In this document: piece after piece, positions 11,393 through 20,627 of the stretch
Layout of the letters: the number at the start of each line of letters is the position of its first letter
How positions within the stretch are numbered: position 1 is the stretch's first letter
Assembly (NCBI GenBank): GCA_965221905.1
Contig: OZ244922.1
Span: 2,016,001-2,080,000, forward strand
Source of the DNA: Chloroflexota bacterium
GTDB taxonomy: Bacteria; Chloroflexota; UBA11872; VXOZ01
Length of the DNA stretch: 64,000 nt
Reading direction: 5' to 3'
Translations under genes and position numbers: made by a program
The notes under the pieces: model-generated
Seen by the model: the letters and a program-made list of their open reading frames with translations, nothing else
The model's database searches: none
Told to the model about the DNA's origin: nothing

Positions 11393-12544
11393 ATGTCTTC
11401 AGTTCCCGTTCATTCGGACAACGATCGCAACGATGGTAGAAGCCTAAGTCGAACAGGACTTGGGGGCATCATCGTAATCAGCGTGGTCGTCGCCATGCTT
11501 ACGGGCATTGTTGCCGGAAGCCTTGCCGCGTGGGTAATCATGGGGCGGACGCAGTCGGCGCCAATCGTTGCCACACAGACACCGCTGATAACCTATGCCA
11601 AAGAAGCAGAAGCCAGCGCTGGTGCAGTCTACCAGGCGGTTGCTCCTAGCGTGGTCACCATCATGGTTTTGGACGAAGACCGACCCAATCAACGCGGCAC
11701 AGGCACCGGCATCATTATCGATGAACAAGGCCATATTCTCACCAACAATCATGTCATCAGTGAAGTGGATAGGGTGTTGGTGCAATTGCTCGATGGTAGC
11801 ACGGTCTTTGCCGATATCATCGGCCGCGATCCGGGAACCGATCTCGCCGTCATTCGTGCCAAATTTCCGCCGGGCACGTTGAACATCGCGCGATTCGGGG
11901 ACTCTCAAGCGGTGCAACCAGGAGATCCGGTTTTTGCGATTGGCGCGCCATACGGCCTGAGCCATAGCATTACGGCGGGTATCGTGAGCGGCGTGGGCAG
12001 GACCTATGGTAGCCAGGGCCGCAGAGTTGGCGGTGCTATCCAGAGTGATGCAGCTATCAACCCCGGCAATTCCGGCGGGCCCTTGCTGAACGCCAACGGT
12101 GAGGTAATCGGCATTACCACTGCCATTCAGACCACGTCAGAGGTCTTCATGGGTGTGAGCCTCAGCATCCCTTCGAATTTGGTCCAGAGTCTGCTGCCGC
12201 GCTTGATTAGAGGCGAGGACATCCGGCGCACGTATTTGGGAATCAGCTTGGGTACAATTACCCCACTTCAAGCCAGCGCTAGGAACCTCGACGTTGAGCA
12301 GGGGGTGTGGGTGCTGCGGGCAATGCCGGGCGGCCCCGCACAGAAGGCCGGTATTCGCGGCTCTCGCTCCCTGCCTAGTGCCGACATCATTACGGCGATT
12401 GACGGCGTGTCGATGAAGTCCGCTGGCGACCTGATTGCCTACATACAGACGAAAGACGTCGGTGATACAGTCACGGTTACGGTCTATCGCAACAGTGAGA
12501 CCCTGGAGATCCCGGTAACCCTCGGCGCGTGGCCGGAGAGGTAG
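11393..12544 (+). CDS. htrA: HtrA/DegP-family membrane-anchored serine protease with PDZ domain
   Basis: N-terminal TM; TNNHV, DLAV, AAINPGNSGGPL catalytic triad; C-terminal PDZ. Confidence 0.93.
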   Translation: MSSVPVHSDNDRNDGRSLSRTGLGGIIVISVVVAMLTGIVAGSLAAWVIMGRTQSAPIVATQTPLITYAKEAEASAGAVYQAVAPSVVTIMVLDEDRPNQRGTGTGIIIDEQGHILTNNHVISEVDRVLVQLLDGSTVFADIIGRDPGTDLAVIRAKFPPGTLNIARFGDSQAVQPGDPVFAIGAPYGLSHSITAGIVSGVGRTYGSQGRRVGGAIQSDAAINPGNSGGPLLNANGEVIGITTAIQTTSEVFMGVSLSIPSNLVQSLLPRLIRGEDIRRTYLGISLGTITPLQASARNLDVEQGVWVLRAMPGGPAQKAGIRGSRSLPSADIITAIDGVSMKSAGDLIAYIQTKDVGDTVTVTVYRNSETLEIPVTLGAWPER

Positions 12545-12673
12545 AGACTGCTTGCGGTGGCATTCACACAATTGTGTAAACGCTCGGTCTAGAGCTGATG
12601 GCTTTACTGCCTATTGCCATTCGGATACGATGTGTGGAGAGGCAGTCCTGTAGCTCACTCCGGAGTTGCTTCG

Positions 12674-13459
12674 ATGCAGATGCCGCCGACAGCCGACGAT
12701 TTGCCGGACGCCAGTTACGCAGATGCTGTCTTCACCGTTGTTACTAAACGCACGGCGATTGTTACCGGCTTAGCGGCCGGTGCAATCGTACCGTGCATTC
12801 CCTTGGCAATACTCGGTACTCTCGGCCTGCTTGCAACACTTCTCTTCAATCGCGGCACGATAGAATTAGGGACGTCTTCTGCGATCACGCTTGAGAATGT
12901 TCAGGTGGCCGCAATCGTCTTGCTGCTGGTTATCATCTGCAGCAGTGTCTTGGGCGCTCTGATGGGAGCACTTCGCCGCTGGAGCGTACAACGAGGCATA
13001 ACTTGGAAGTTGCTCGTTGGCTCCCACTTCTCCACGCATCCGGGGCCGCAGACTGCAATTGCTTTCATCGTCGTACCTTTGGTCGTCGTCCTTATGCTTC
13101 ATGGCGTTAGCGTGGTGGTTGGTCACCTGGTGAGCATCGCCCCCGCGCTGTTTTTCATGTTCCCTCTCTGGGCGCTTTCCGGCTTCCTATACGAGGCGGT
13201 GTGGGAATCGGTTGTCTTCTTCATCTTGCGCATTGCCGCAGGCGAGCAAATGATGTGGCTCAAGCGTGAGACAGAACTTGTGCGCCTGTTGAAAGACGAT
13301 TCCGAACTGTTCGGCTGCCACCTGCATGCCGTCCGGATTGATCCGAGTTCCGGAGTGGCATTTATTCGCGGCGACTTTCGCACGCCTGACCATTTCCGCC
13401 GGGTGCGAGAGATCGGCCTGCGTGTGATCGGTGTGAATGAAGTAGAGGCAGCGACTTAG
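12674..13459 (+). CDS. Hypothetical membrane protein, possible BON-like C-terminal domain
   Basis: About 4 hydrophobic segments; C-terminus AFIRG...VIGVNEV resembles BON; start chosen from GGAG RBS. Confidence 0.55.
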   Translation: MQMPPTADDLPDASYADAVFTVVTKRTAIVTGLAAGAIVPCIPLAILGTLGLLATLLFNRGTIELGTSSAITLENVQVAAIVLLLVIICSSVLGALMGALRRWSVQRGITWKLLVGSHFSTHPGPQTAIAFIVVPLVVVLMLHGVSVVVGHLVSIAPALFFMFPLWALSGFLYEAVWESVVFFILRIAAGEQMMWLKRETELVRLLKDDSELFGCHLHAVRIDPSSGVAFIRGDFRTPDHFRRVREIGLRVIGVNEVEAAT

Positions 13460-13565
13460 CCTCTTCCTTAAACAGCGAGTTTCTCGCCGGGATGCGGCGC
13501 ATATGTGCTCAGCGTCAAAGTCGACATAACTTTAGGAATAGCGAGCCGAGGAACGGGTTGCAGAG

Positions 13566-14900
13566 ATGACGCGACGTGAATGGCATGCAAGCGCGCTGCT
13601 CGGCGCGAAAACCCTATTACTGCTTAGTTGCGGCGGTGATGATGAAAATGAGCAGGAGCCACGGGAAGAGCCCGGTTCCCGGGTGGGAATCGGCGTTGAC
13701 GCTGCAAAGGAGTCGCAAGAGTTCACGCTTGCTGTCCTCGATCACCCCCTGATGGTCACGCCCGGTCAGAAGATTGTTCAGGATTGGACTAAGGGCAATG
13801 TTCCCGGCGCGCCTTTGGGGACATCGCTACAACATGTGAAGGTCCCAATGCAGGGCGGGGCAAGGGATTTTCTCACGTCGCAAGCGGCGGGAGGTGTCTC
13901 AGCGGACTTCATCTGGCTTCCACACTGGGAGGATGTCCCGGATTTATTCAAAACCGGGCTGCTAGCGCCGCTAGACCGCTGGCTGCAGGCGGATGGCCAT
14001 AGGCCCCTAGAGGTCTTTGCTGAAGAGGCCCGCCGTCTCGTGCGGTTTCGGGCTCAGACTCTGGCGTTGCCGATTGCAATCGCGCCGGGTGTACTGGCCC
14101 ACAATGCGCTCCGATTCGAACGCGCCACTGTGGCAGCACCCACGCATAATTGGACATGGGAAGACTTCATCGAGGCGGCTAAGCGCTTGACGGAGGATTC
14201 TAACGGCGACGGTACTCCCGACCGTTGGGGGTTTGTGGCTGCGGCGTATTTTCCGGATTGGCTGCCGTTTGTGCTGCAAGAAGGCGGATCGGTCGCAGAC
14301 TTGGACACAGGGGAGATTGGCATGGATGGACCGGCTAGTCTGCGCGCGCTCAGTACTTGGGATGATCTGGGAAGAGTGCACGGCATTTTGCCTTATGGAC
14401 CTGAGGTAACGACAAAGAAGCTACAAGGCTACAACGACCTCTTTCAGAGAGGGATGTTCTTCTCCCTCTTCTTTCAATACTTGCCCGAGCATTTGCGACG
14501 CGTCACTCCTCTGCCCACAGGATCACGGAACACAACGCCCCTAGTTCTCACGGAATCACTGGCAATTCCGGACGCAGCCCAAGGGGAGCGCGCGTACGAG
14601 GTACTGGTGCCAATGGCGAGTTGGCTTGGAGAACGCCGCGTATTACCGGCGACGACAGCAGGCTGGCAATTCATCAAAAGCCCCGATCGAGATCACTTTG
14701 ACCTGGTTTTCCCCGAGTCTACGCAGGACACGGTTCTACAAGCACTGGCCAATGCCAAGGCTTCCCACGTCGCCAGCAGCCCGGCAATGACCAACGCCCT
14801 ATTCAATATTGTTACGTATCGTTTGGCACGGGGTGAGGTGGGAATTGAGCAAGCCATTGAGCAGGCGACAAATTGGCTGACGGGGTATGTCAATGAGTAG
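13566..14900 (+). CDS. Extracellular solute-binding lipoprotein (sugar SBP family 1-like)
   Basis: TRR twin-arginine, LLSC lipobox, WTWEDF, DSNGDGTPDRWG motif. Confidence 0.82.
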   Translation: MTRREWHASALLGAKTLLLLSCGGDDENEQEPREEPGSRVGIGVDAAKESQEFTLAVLDHPLMVTPGQKIVQDWTKGNVPGAPLGTSLQHVKVPMQGGARDFLTSQAAGGVSADFIWLPHWEDVPDLFKTGLLAPLDRWLQADGHRPLEVFAEEARRLVRFRAQTLALPIAIAPGVLAHNALRFERATVAAPTHNWTWEDFIEAAKRLTEDSNGDGTPDRWGFVAAAYFPDWLPFVLQEGGSVADLDTGEIGMDGPASLRALSTWDDLGRVHGILPYGPEVTTKKLQGYNDLFQRGMFFSLFFQYLPEHLRRVTPLPTGSRNTTPLVLTESLAIPDAAQGERAYEVLVPMASWLGERRVLPATTAGWQFIKSPDRDHFDLVFPESTQDTVLQALANAKASHVASSPAMTNALFNIVTYRLARGEVGIEQAIEQATNWLTGYVNE

Positions 14901-15034
14901 AAGCTACCTGGGAACGTTAGTGCGGCGATCCCGAATGGCGCCAAAGCGTGTGGGAAACACCCAATAGGGCATCCGACGTGAAGCGACGCCCGCGCCCTTC
15001 AAGGGCAGACACAGCAAACCAACGCAGCGTTTGC

Positions 15035-15071
15035 GTCCGTTCGTACTTCGACAGGCTCAGTACGAACGGAC
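15035..15071. repeat. REP-like palindrome, same family as the 45.9-46.1 kb array
   Basis: GTCCGTTCGTACT-TCGACAGGCTC-AGTACGAACGGAC. Confidence 0.8.
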
Positions 15072-15237
15072 ATGCATTCTCCACAACTCCACATGTGAAC
15101 CATTCCTCTGCTCTGGGGCTCAGGCACTCTTGTCCTGGCGATAGCGAACTTATCATTTGACATAAAGATGCCTGCCGCTCAAGCGGCAGGCTCCAAAATC
15201 CAAGTCTCAGGTCTTAGGGTTGTATTCTGCGCCGCAC

Positions 15238-15525
15238 CTACTCCAGGCGGCCGGGGACGAATCCTTCCTCGCCTAGGAGTTTTTGTGCTTCTTCCAGAGT
15301 CTCGTCCGGCGGCGGCAGAATTACGTCCGACGGTACGATTTCGTCATCCGGTAGCGGCGTGCCCTTTTGGGTCACCAGGTCGTGCATTTGCTGAAGCAAG
15401 TCCAGGAAAGCCCCGTTATCGGACCCTGAAACGGCCTCTTCAATTGCATCATCGAATCGCTGCAAATCGGTAATAATCGCATCGTCGAGGCGGTATTGGC
15501 CCACAGTTGCGATGCGGACAATCAT
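15238..15525 (-). CDS. PspA-associated protein (PspAA-like)
   Basis: MIVRIATVGQYRL...SDVILPPPDETLEE...EGFVPG; ATGA overlap with pspA. Confidence 0.8.
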   Translation of the reverse strand: MIVRIATVGQYRLDDAIITDLQRFDDAIEEAVSGSDNGAFLDLLQQMHDLVTQKGTPLPDDEIVPSDVILPPPDETLEEAQKLLGEEGFVPGRLE

Positions 15526-16253
15526 GCGTGATCCTCCAACTGCTTCTTTTCTTTGTCTCCGAGCTGTCTCTTCAGCAATGCCAACTCATCATCCACACCG
15601 CTCTCAGCGCTAAGCTTATTCAATTCTCGATCCACAAAGTCGGAACGGGAACCTGTGGAGTCTTCAAGGACACCGGTATCCACAAGCTCATCTATCGCCG
15701 ATGCGCGCGCCTGTAAGGACTCCGTGCGCTCCTCTGCTCTCTCGACAAGCAGCGAGACATCAGCCATTTCTTCTGACAGACCCGATACTGTCTCACTGAT
15801 ACGCGTCTGTGCTTCAGCCGCGCTGTACTGGGCCTTGATGACCTCCTTGCGCGTGCGGAAGTTCTCCACTTTCGCCACAAGTTTTTGCTCGGTGAGTGCC
15901 AGGCGCTCCTGGTCATGTTCCAGCGCCTGAATCTGCTGCCGCAGTCCTTCTACCTGCGTCACCACGAGTTGCTTGCGCTGCAAAGCAATACGGGCGAGGT
16001 CATCACGACCGGCTTCAACGGCACGTTGGGCCTGGTTTGAAAGTTTCGCGTCGTTGCTCTCCAGCTTGGCCGCCTGCATTTCAAGACGCCGCTTGGACGT
16101 CACAACCTCTACAATGCCGCGCTTAACTTTGTGCAAATGCTCAAGCTGCCGTTCGTAGGCATAATCAAGCGTCTCTGCCGGGTCTTCCGATCGGTCTAGC
16201 AGCGCGTTTATTTTGGCACCGAGCACAGCGCCCATCCGCGACAAAACACCCAT
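15522..16253 (-). CDS. pspA: PspA/IM30 family protein
   Basis: LLDRSEDP...LDYAYE, coiled coil, ARASAIDEL; GGAGG RBS before ATG at 16253. Confidence 0.92.
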   Translation of the reverse strand: MGVLSRMGAVLGAKINALLDRSEDPAETLDYAYERQLEHLHKVKRGIVEVVTSKRRLEMQAAKLESNDAKLSNQAQRAVEAGRDDLARIALQRKQLVVTQVEGLRQQIQALEHDQERLALTEQKLVAKVENFRTRKEVIKAQYSAAEAQTRISETVSGLSEEMADVSLLVERAEERTESLQARASAIDELVDTGVLEDSTGSRSDFVDRELNKLSAESGVDDELALLKRQLGDKEKKQLEDHA

Positions 16254-16298
16254 GCACACTCCTCCGGTTCGGTGACCGCTCGGCTCACCTTCAACCCC

Positions 16299-16343
16299 AC
16301 TTGACACTGGTTCAAGTATCCCACACGATTACCACTCGGTCAA
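16299..16343 (-). promoter_or_regulatory. pspA sigma70-type promoter with overlapping palindromic operator
   Basis: TTGACC-17 nt-(TGg)GATACT on the minus strand; inverted repeat ACTTGA-N7-TCAAGT at 16299-16317. Confidence 0.55.
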
Positions 16344-16580
16344 ACGAATTTGGGCGGCTTCGCAACATTCACATTCACTTCCCAAGAGAGGACGAATGGG
16401 GAAAACAAGGGGATTTGTTGATATTTACATAATTCAAAGTTATACTGTATGATATGGACAATCGTGATGAAAGCTACACGTATTCACTCGCGGGCAGCAG
16501 ATGCTCGTTTAGCGCGTACGGTCGCCTTCGTTGGTGATTGCACCTACCGAAAGAGTATTTGAAGCTGTCTGTAGGGTGCG

Positions 16581-17984
16581 GTGGCAGGAGGGACACCCGT
16601 GACACGACGCCAATGGCTTAGTAGCGCGCTGATCAGCGGCGCGGGCCTGCTCCTGGCAAGCTGCGGCGGCGATGAGGAAGACGAACAATCGTCGCGCATA
16701 GAGCCGAGTCCCCGTGTGGGAACCAGCGTCGTATCTGCCAAAGAGCCTCAGCAGATTACTCTGGCGCTGCTTGAGTTTCCCAACCAATTCAATCCTAGGA
16801 AGCCAAGCATCCTTGCCCGGGACTTGATCGCGGAGTGGGCGAACAGCGGCATTCCCGGTACGCCTGAGGGCACGATATTGCAGACGACTGATATTCCGGT
16901 CGTTATCGACAAGAATGGGGTCACTCAGACAACTGCCGGATTGATAGATTTCCTCTCCTCTCGTGCCGCCGGAGGCGTATCAGGAACGGACTTGGTCTGG
17001 CTTTCGTCCTTCGCGGACATTCTAATGCTGTTCGAATCTGGGTTGTTTGCGCCTCTCGACCGCTGGCTGAACGCGGACCGGCAGATGCCCCTGGAGGCGT
17101 TTGCGGAAGAAGCCCGTCGCCTGGTGCGTGTGCGCGGCCAGACAATTGGGTTACCCTTGGCGATTTCCCCGGGTGTACTTTCGCACAATGCCATCCGCTT
17201 CCAACAGGCTAACGTGGCAGCGCCGACTCATGAGTGGACATGGGATGACTTCATCGAGGCCGGTAAGCACCTTACGGCAGATACCAACGACGATGGCGCC
17301 CCAGACCGCTGGGGATATATTGCAAACTGGCATTTCCCGGATTGGCTCCCGTTTCTGCTCCAAGAGGGTGGCACGGTCATAGACCTGGACACGGGCAAGA
17401 TTGGATTGGAGGATCCGGCCAGCATTCGCGCGCTTACTGCCTGGGATGAGCTTGGGAAAGTGCACGGAATCATTCCCCATGGCCCCATGGTCTCGCAGGA
17501 GGACTTGCAAGGCTGGACAAACGCACGACAAAGTGGGATGCAGTTCTCGCGCTTCTTTAAGAACATGGTGGATGGTTGGTCAGACGTAACCCCAATGCCG
17601 CAAGGTTCCCGGAAAGCCACACCGCTATCGCTTGAGGAAGTTTTGACCATTCCGGCCGCGACGTCGGGAGATAGCGCGTATGCGGCGCTCGTTCCCCTCG
17701 CTCACTGGATTGGTGAGCGCCGGGTCTTACCGTCTGTCACCGCCGGCTGGCAATTTATCCAGCAGCCGGATAGGGACCACTTCGATCTGATTTTCCCCAA
17801 ACCGATTCAGGAAACTGCCCTACAGGGCTTGGCCAGCGCAAAGGCTTCCCATGCGGCAAGCAGCACTTCCATTTCCTATCACCTCTTCCACCAAGTCACA
17901 TTGCCTTTGGCGCGCGGCGAGGTTGTTGTTGAGCAAGCGATTGATCAAGCGACGAACTGGCTGCGAAACTACCTGATTCAATAA
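16581..17984 (+). CDS. Extracellular solute-binding lipoprotein, paralog of 13566-14900
   Basis: TRRQW twin-arginine, LLASC lipobox; long stretches shared with the first copy (APLDRWL, FPDWLPF, GERRVLP, DRDHFDL). Confidence 0.85.
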   Translation: MAGGTPVTRRQWLSSALISGAGLLLASCGGDEEDEQSSRIEPSPRVGTSVVSAKEPQQITLALLEFPNQFNPRKPSILARDLIAEWANSGIPGTPEGTILQTTDIPVVIDKNGVTQTTAGLIDFLSSRAAGGVSGTDLVWLSSFADILMLFESGLFAPLDRWLNADRQMPLEAFAEEARRLVRVRGQTIGLPLAISPGVLSHNAIRFQQANVAAPTHEWTWDDFIEAGKHLTADTNDDGAPDRWGYIANWHFPDWLPFLLQEGGTVIDLDTGKIGLEDPASIRALTAWDELGKVHGIIPHGPMVSQEDLQGWTNARQSGMQFSRFFKNMVDGWSDVTPMPQGSRKATPLSLEEVLTIPAATSGDSAYAALVPLAHWIGERRVLPSVTAGWQFIQQPDRDHFDLIFPKPIQETALQGLASAKASHAASSTSISYHLFHQVTLPLARGEVVVEQAIDQATNWLRNYLIQ

Positions 17985-17991
17985 CCGGCGG

Positions 17992-18055
17992 TACTAAGTT
18001 CCGAGAAGATACATTCTCGGAACTTAGTAGGGGCAGGTTTGAAACCTGCCCCTAC
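17992..18055. repeat. 34-bp palindrome flanked by TA, abutting a GTAG-type REP
   Basis: TA-CTAAGTTCCGAGAA-gataca-TTCTCGGAACTTAG-TA, then GTAGGGGCAGGTTTGAAACCTGCCCCTAC. Confidence 0.75.
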
Positions 18056-18243
18056 TCAATCATCCCCGCTCTCTCTTGCTCCATGCGAGCCTTCCCAAGC
18101 AGTCTCACGACCAACGGCGCAATCACAACGCGCCTGGAGGAGAGACTGGGGCTTTAGTCAATGAAGGCTCACGCCCATCGGGGAAGCTACTAGCCCCCGT
18201 CAGAGAAACGGGGGTTTTGGTTATTGATTTCTTTCCACCATTG

Positions 18244-18632
18244 GAGACCTTTGCATAACCCTTGCTGAGGCGAGAAAGTCCCCTCTCCCGGCGGAGACCT
18301 TTGCATAACCCTTGCCGAGGCGACAAAGTCCCCTCTCCCGGCGGGAGAGGGTTAGGGTGAGGGGGAATCTCCGCAATCCAGGCCATTTTCACCGATATTG
18401 CACACTTACTTATAGGTCTTAGAGGTAAAAAGACAGAATAAGCAAGAATCCCCTCACCCCGGCCCTCTCCCGCCGGGAGAGGGAGTAATTCTTGCGCCGC
18501 TGGCCGAAGTTACGCAAAGGTCTCCATTGGGAGAGGGAGTAATTCTTGCGCCGCTGGCCGAAGTTACGCAAAGGTCTCCGGCGGGAGAGGGAGTAATTCT
18601 TGCGCCGCTGGCCGAAGTTACGCAAAGGTCTC
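18244..18632. mobile_element. Non-autonomous MITE-like element with multiplied ends
   Basis: TIRs GAGACCTTTGCATAAC / GTTACGCAAAGGTCTC; two left ends (50-bp period) and three right ends (54-bp period); flanked by CATTG direct repeats; internal CCCTCTCC-N5-GGAGAGGG hairpins. Confidence 0.75.
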
Positions 18633-18710
18633 CATTGGGAGACAGTAAGGCCCCCGCCTCGAGAGACGGGGGCTTTGGCTTATAGTCTCGAGACCAAGGG
18701 GACAATCACA

Positions 18711-18737
18711 ACGCCCCCGCCAGAAAGGCGGGGGCGT
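18711..18737 (-). terminator. Likely intrinsic terminator of the surface-protein gene
   Basis: 11-bp GC stem ACGCCCCCGCC/GGCGGGGGCGT about 60 nt after the stop; weak T tail. Confidence 0.55.
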
Positions 18738-18800
18738 CGGCTAATGGTCAACTTACCGGCAATAAGGCCTGACTACCAACAACTTAGGTAGTTGCATCGA

Positions 18801-20627
18801 TTATCCACCGGAGCTTGGCAGAGGAGCTCCTATGTTGATGCGGTTGAAGAAGCCGGAGTCGGCTGCCGTCACGTTTTGCCATTCAAAGCCACGTGCTAGG
18901 AACGTCGCATAGTTGGGAATGTGCGACCACACGCCGTTACCAATGTGCACGAAGATGCGGTCATCAGCACCGTCAAAGCGCCGCGCAAGCATGAGCTGTG
19001 CCGGGTGACGATCGTCAAGCGGGATCGACACTACCACGTCCGTAGGCACGGTGTAATTGGCAATCACATCGGCCCAAGGAACAGCGAACACGTCAGCGCT
19101 GCCAGGCTCGACCCAGCGGCGGACGACCATACCATCGTCTTCACGCCGCACGATGGCGTAGGTCTGGCCCAGTCCTTCATCGCGAATGAAGCCAACAAGG
19201 ACTTGAGAACTGTCATTAGTGGCGGTCCAGCCGATGCCAATGTTCAGGGTAGCGCCGCCGTCATGTCGCACGATTTGCAGCACGTCACCTGCAAGCACCG
19301 TAGCCGTCGCAGAACCTGAGCGTCCGATTTCCCCAAGTGGCGGACCAGACGCGGCCGGAGCTGCGGCCCGAGCTGCTGCAGGAGCTGCTGCCGGAGCTGC
19401 TGCCGTGGTGGTGGTAGTTGTGGTTCCGCTTGTCTCCCCGGATTTGATCCTGATTGTGCGGCCCTCATAGCGAGTTGCCTCACTATCAGGATCAATGTCC
19501 TCGAATCTAAACGTGATGTCTTCGAATGTGGTCTCGAACACGAACTCAATGCTGCTCACATCCGCGGCAACATCCGCTTCCGCCAGATTGTATGTCACCT
19601 CCACCGAGTCTTCCGAATTGGTTCCAGGTGTACCAAGATTAGAATCGGTAACTACTTCCTGTTCACTTTTGACGTGGTCACCGCGATAGCGAACTATCGT
19701 GACGTCAAAATTAGGATCAGTATAGATCCCATACGCTCCCGTTTTCACAGTGACCGTAAAAGTGACGGTATCACCCTCATCCAAACCTTCTACGTCACCC
19801 TCATCGATACTGGCCATGAACCCCACCATGACGCCGTCCATAATCTGCTCGCCGATGCGGGTGACTGTCACCGTGTATACATTGGTACTATCTCCCGGGA
19901 CGCTGCCGTTCTCAGCCGTGACCGTGACCACGATTGGGTTTGGGCCCACCGCGAGAGGCACCACGCCGTCGTCATAGGTGTCGCCATCCTTCGTGACTGT
20001 GTAGGTGCCGTCTTCGTTGGTCTCGGCGGTTACCGTCGTCTCCATGACGTCGTAGCCAACGGCGGCACTATACGTAGTCTGTCCAGTCTCGAAATCCGGA
20101 GCAAGCGTTACCTTCGTCAAAGCCAGATCATCCAGGGTGGCAACATCTGAAAGCGCTGGGAGCACGGTGATCGTGATCTCGTTGCTCTTGATGGTCTGCT
20201 CAGCGTGATTAGTCTGCGGATCAGTATCCGCGTCGCCCGCTGGCGTGTACATATACTGAAGGTACAAAGTGATCGTTCTGATGTCTCCGTTGCCCAGATC
20301 GCCCCCGACTACCGTATAATCAAAAGTGCGTCCAGGAGTGCTGAGATCTAGAGGCGTAGCAGTGGTCACACCCATGAGATTTACTGTTGTTTGGTCACTA
20401 GGTGCGGTATGGTCACCCGAAGGGGTGAACATCACGCCAAACTGCATCACTTCATCGACATGCACCATATCGCCGAGATCGTCTTGGCGCGTGAGTGTGA
20501 GGCTGCCATAGTCGGCGCCCTCGTGGTCGCCGTCCTCTGTCTCATGCGCCGCCGCCGTACCGGCAAGCGGTCCGATTAAGAATATCAGTGCTATCAGCAC
20601 TGCCAAAAAGCGAGAGATTGATTGCAC
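18801..20627 (-). CDS. Secreted acidic surface protein with cadherin-like beta-sandwich and T/A/P-rich linker
   Basis: Signal peptide (AAA-H); ATLDDLAL...LAPDF...TTYSAAV...VTVTAENG...YTVTVTR cadherin-like motif; TTTTTTTAAAPAAAP linker. Confidence 0.75.
   Translation of the reverse strand: MQSISRFLAVLIALIFLIGPLAGTAAAHETEDGDHEGADYGSLTLTRQDDLGDMVHVDEVMQFGVMFTPSGDHTAPSDQTTVNLMGVTTATPLDLSTPGRTFDYTVVGGDLGNGDIRTITLYLQYMYTPAGDADTDPQTNHAEQTIKSNEITITVLPALSDVATLDDLALTKVTLAPDFETGQTTYSAAVGYDVMETTVTAETNEDGTYTVTKDGDTYDDGVVPLAVGPNPIVVTVTAENGSVPGDSTNVYTVTVTRIGEQIMDGVMVGFMASIDEGDVEGLDEGDTVTFTVTVKTGAYGIYTDPNFDVTIVRYRGDHVKSEQEVVTDSNLGTPGTNSEDSVEVTYNLAEADVAADVSSIEFVFETTFEDITFRFEDIDPDSEATRYEGRTIRIKSGETSGTTTTTTTAAAPAAAPAAARAAAPAASGPPLGEIGRSGSATATVLAGDVLQIVRHDGGATLNIGIGWTATNDSSQVLVGFIRDEGLGQTYAIVRREDDGMVVRRWVEPGSADVFAVPWADVIANYTVPTDVVVSIPLDDRHPAQLMLARRFDGADDRIFVHIGNGVWSHIPNYATFLARGFEWQNVTAADSGFFNRINIGAPLPSSGG

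Noticed and set aside
18475-18637. CRISPR array
   Set aside because: The 54-bp units are identical apart from 3 nt, have no unique spacers, and are explained as MITE ends.
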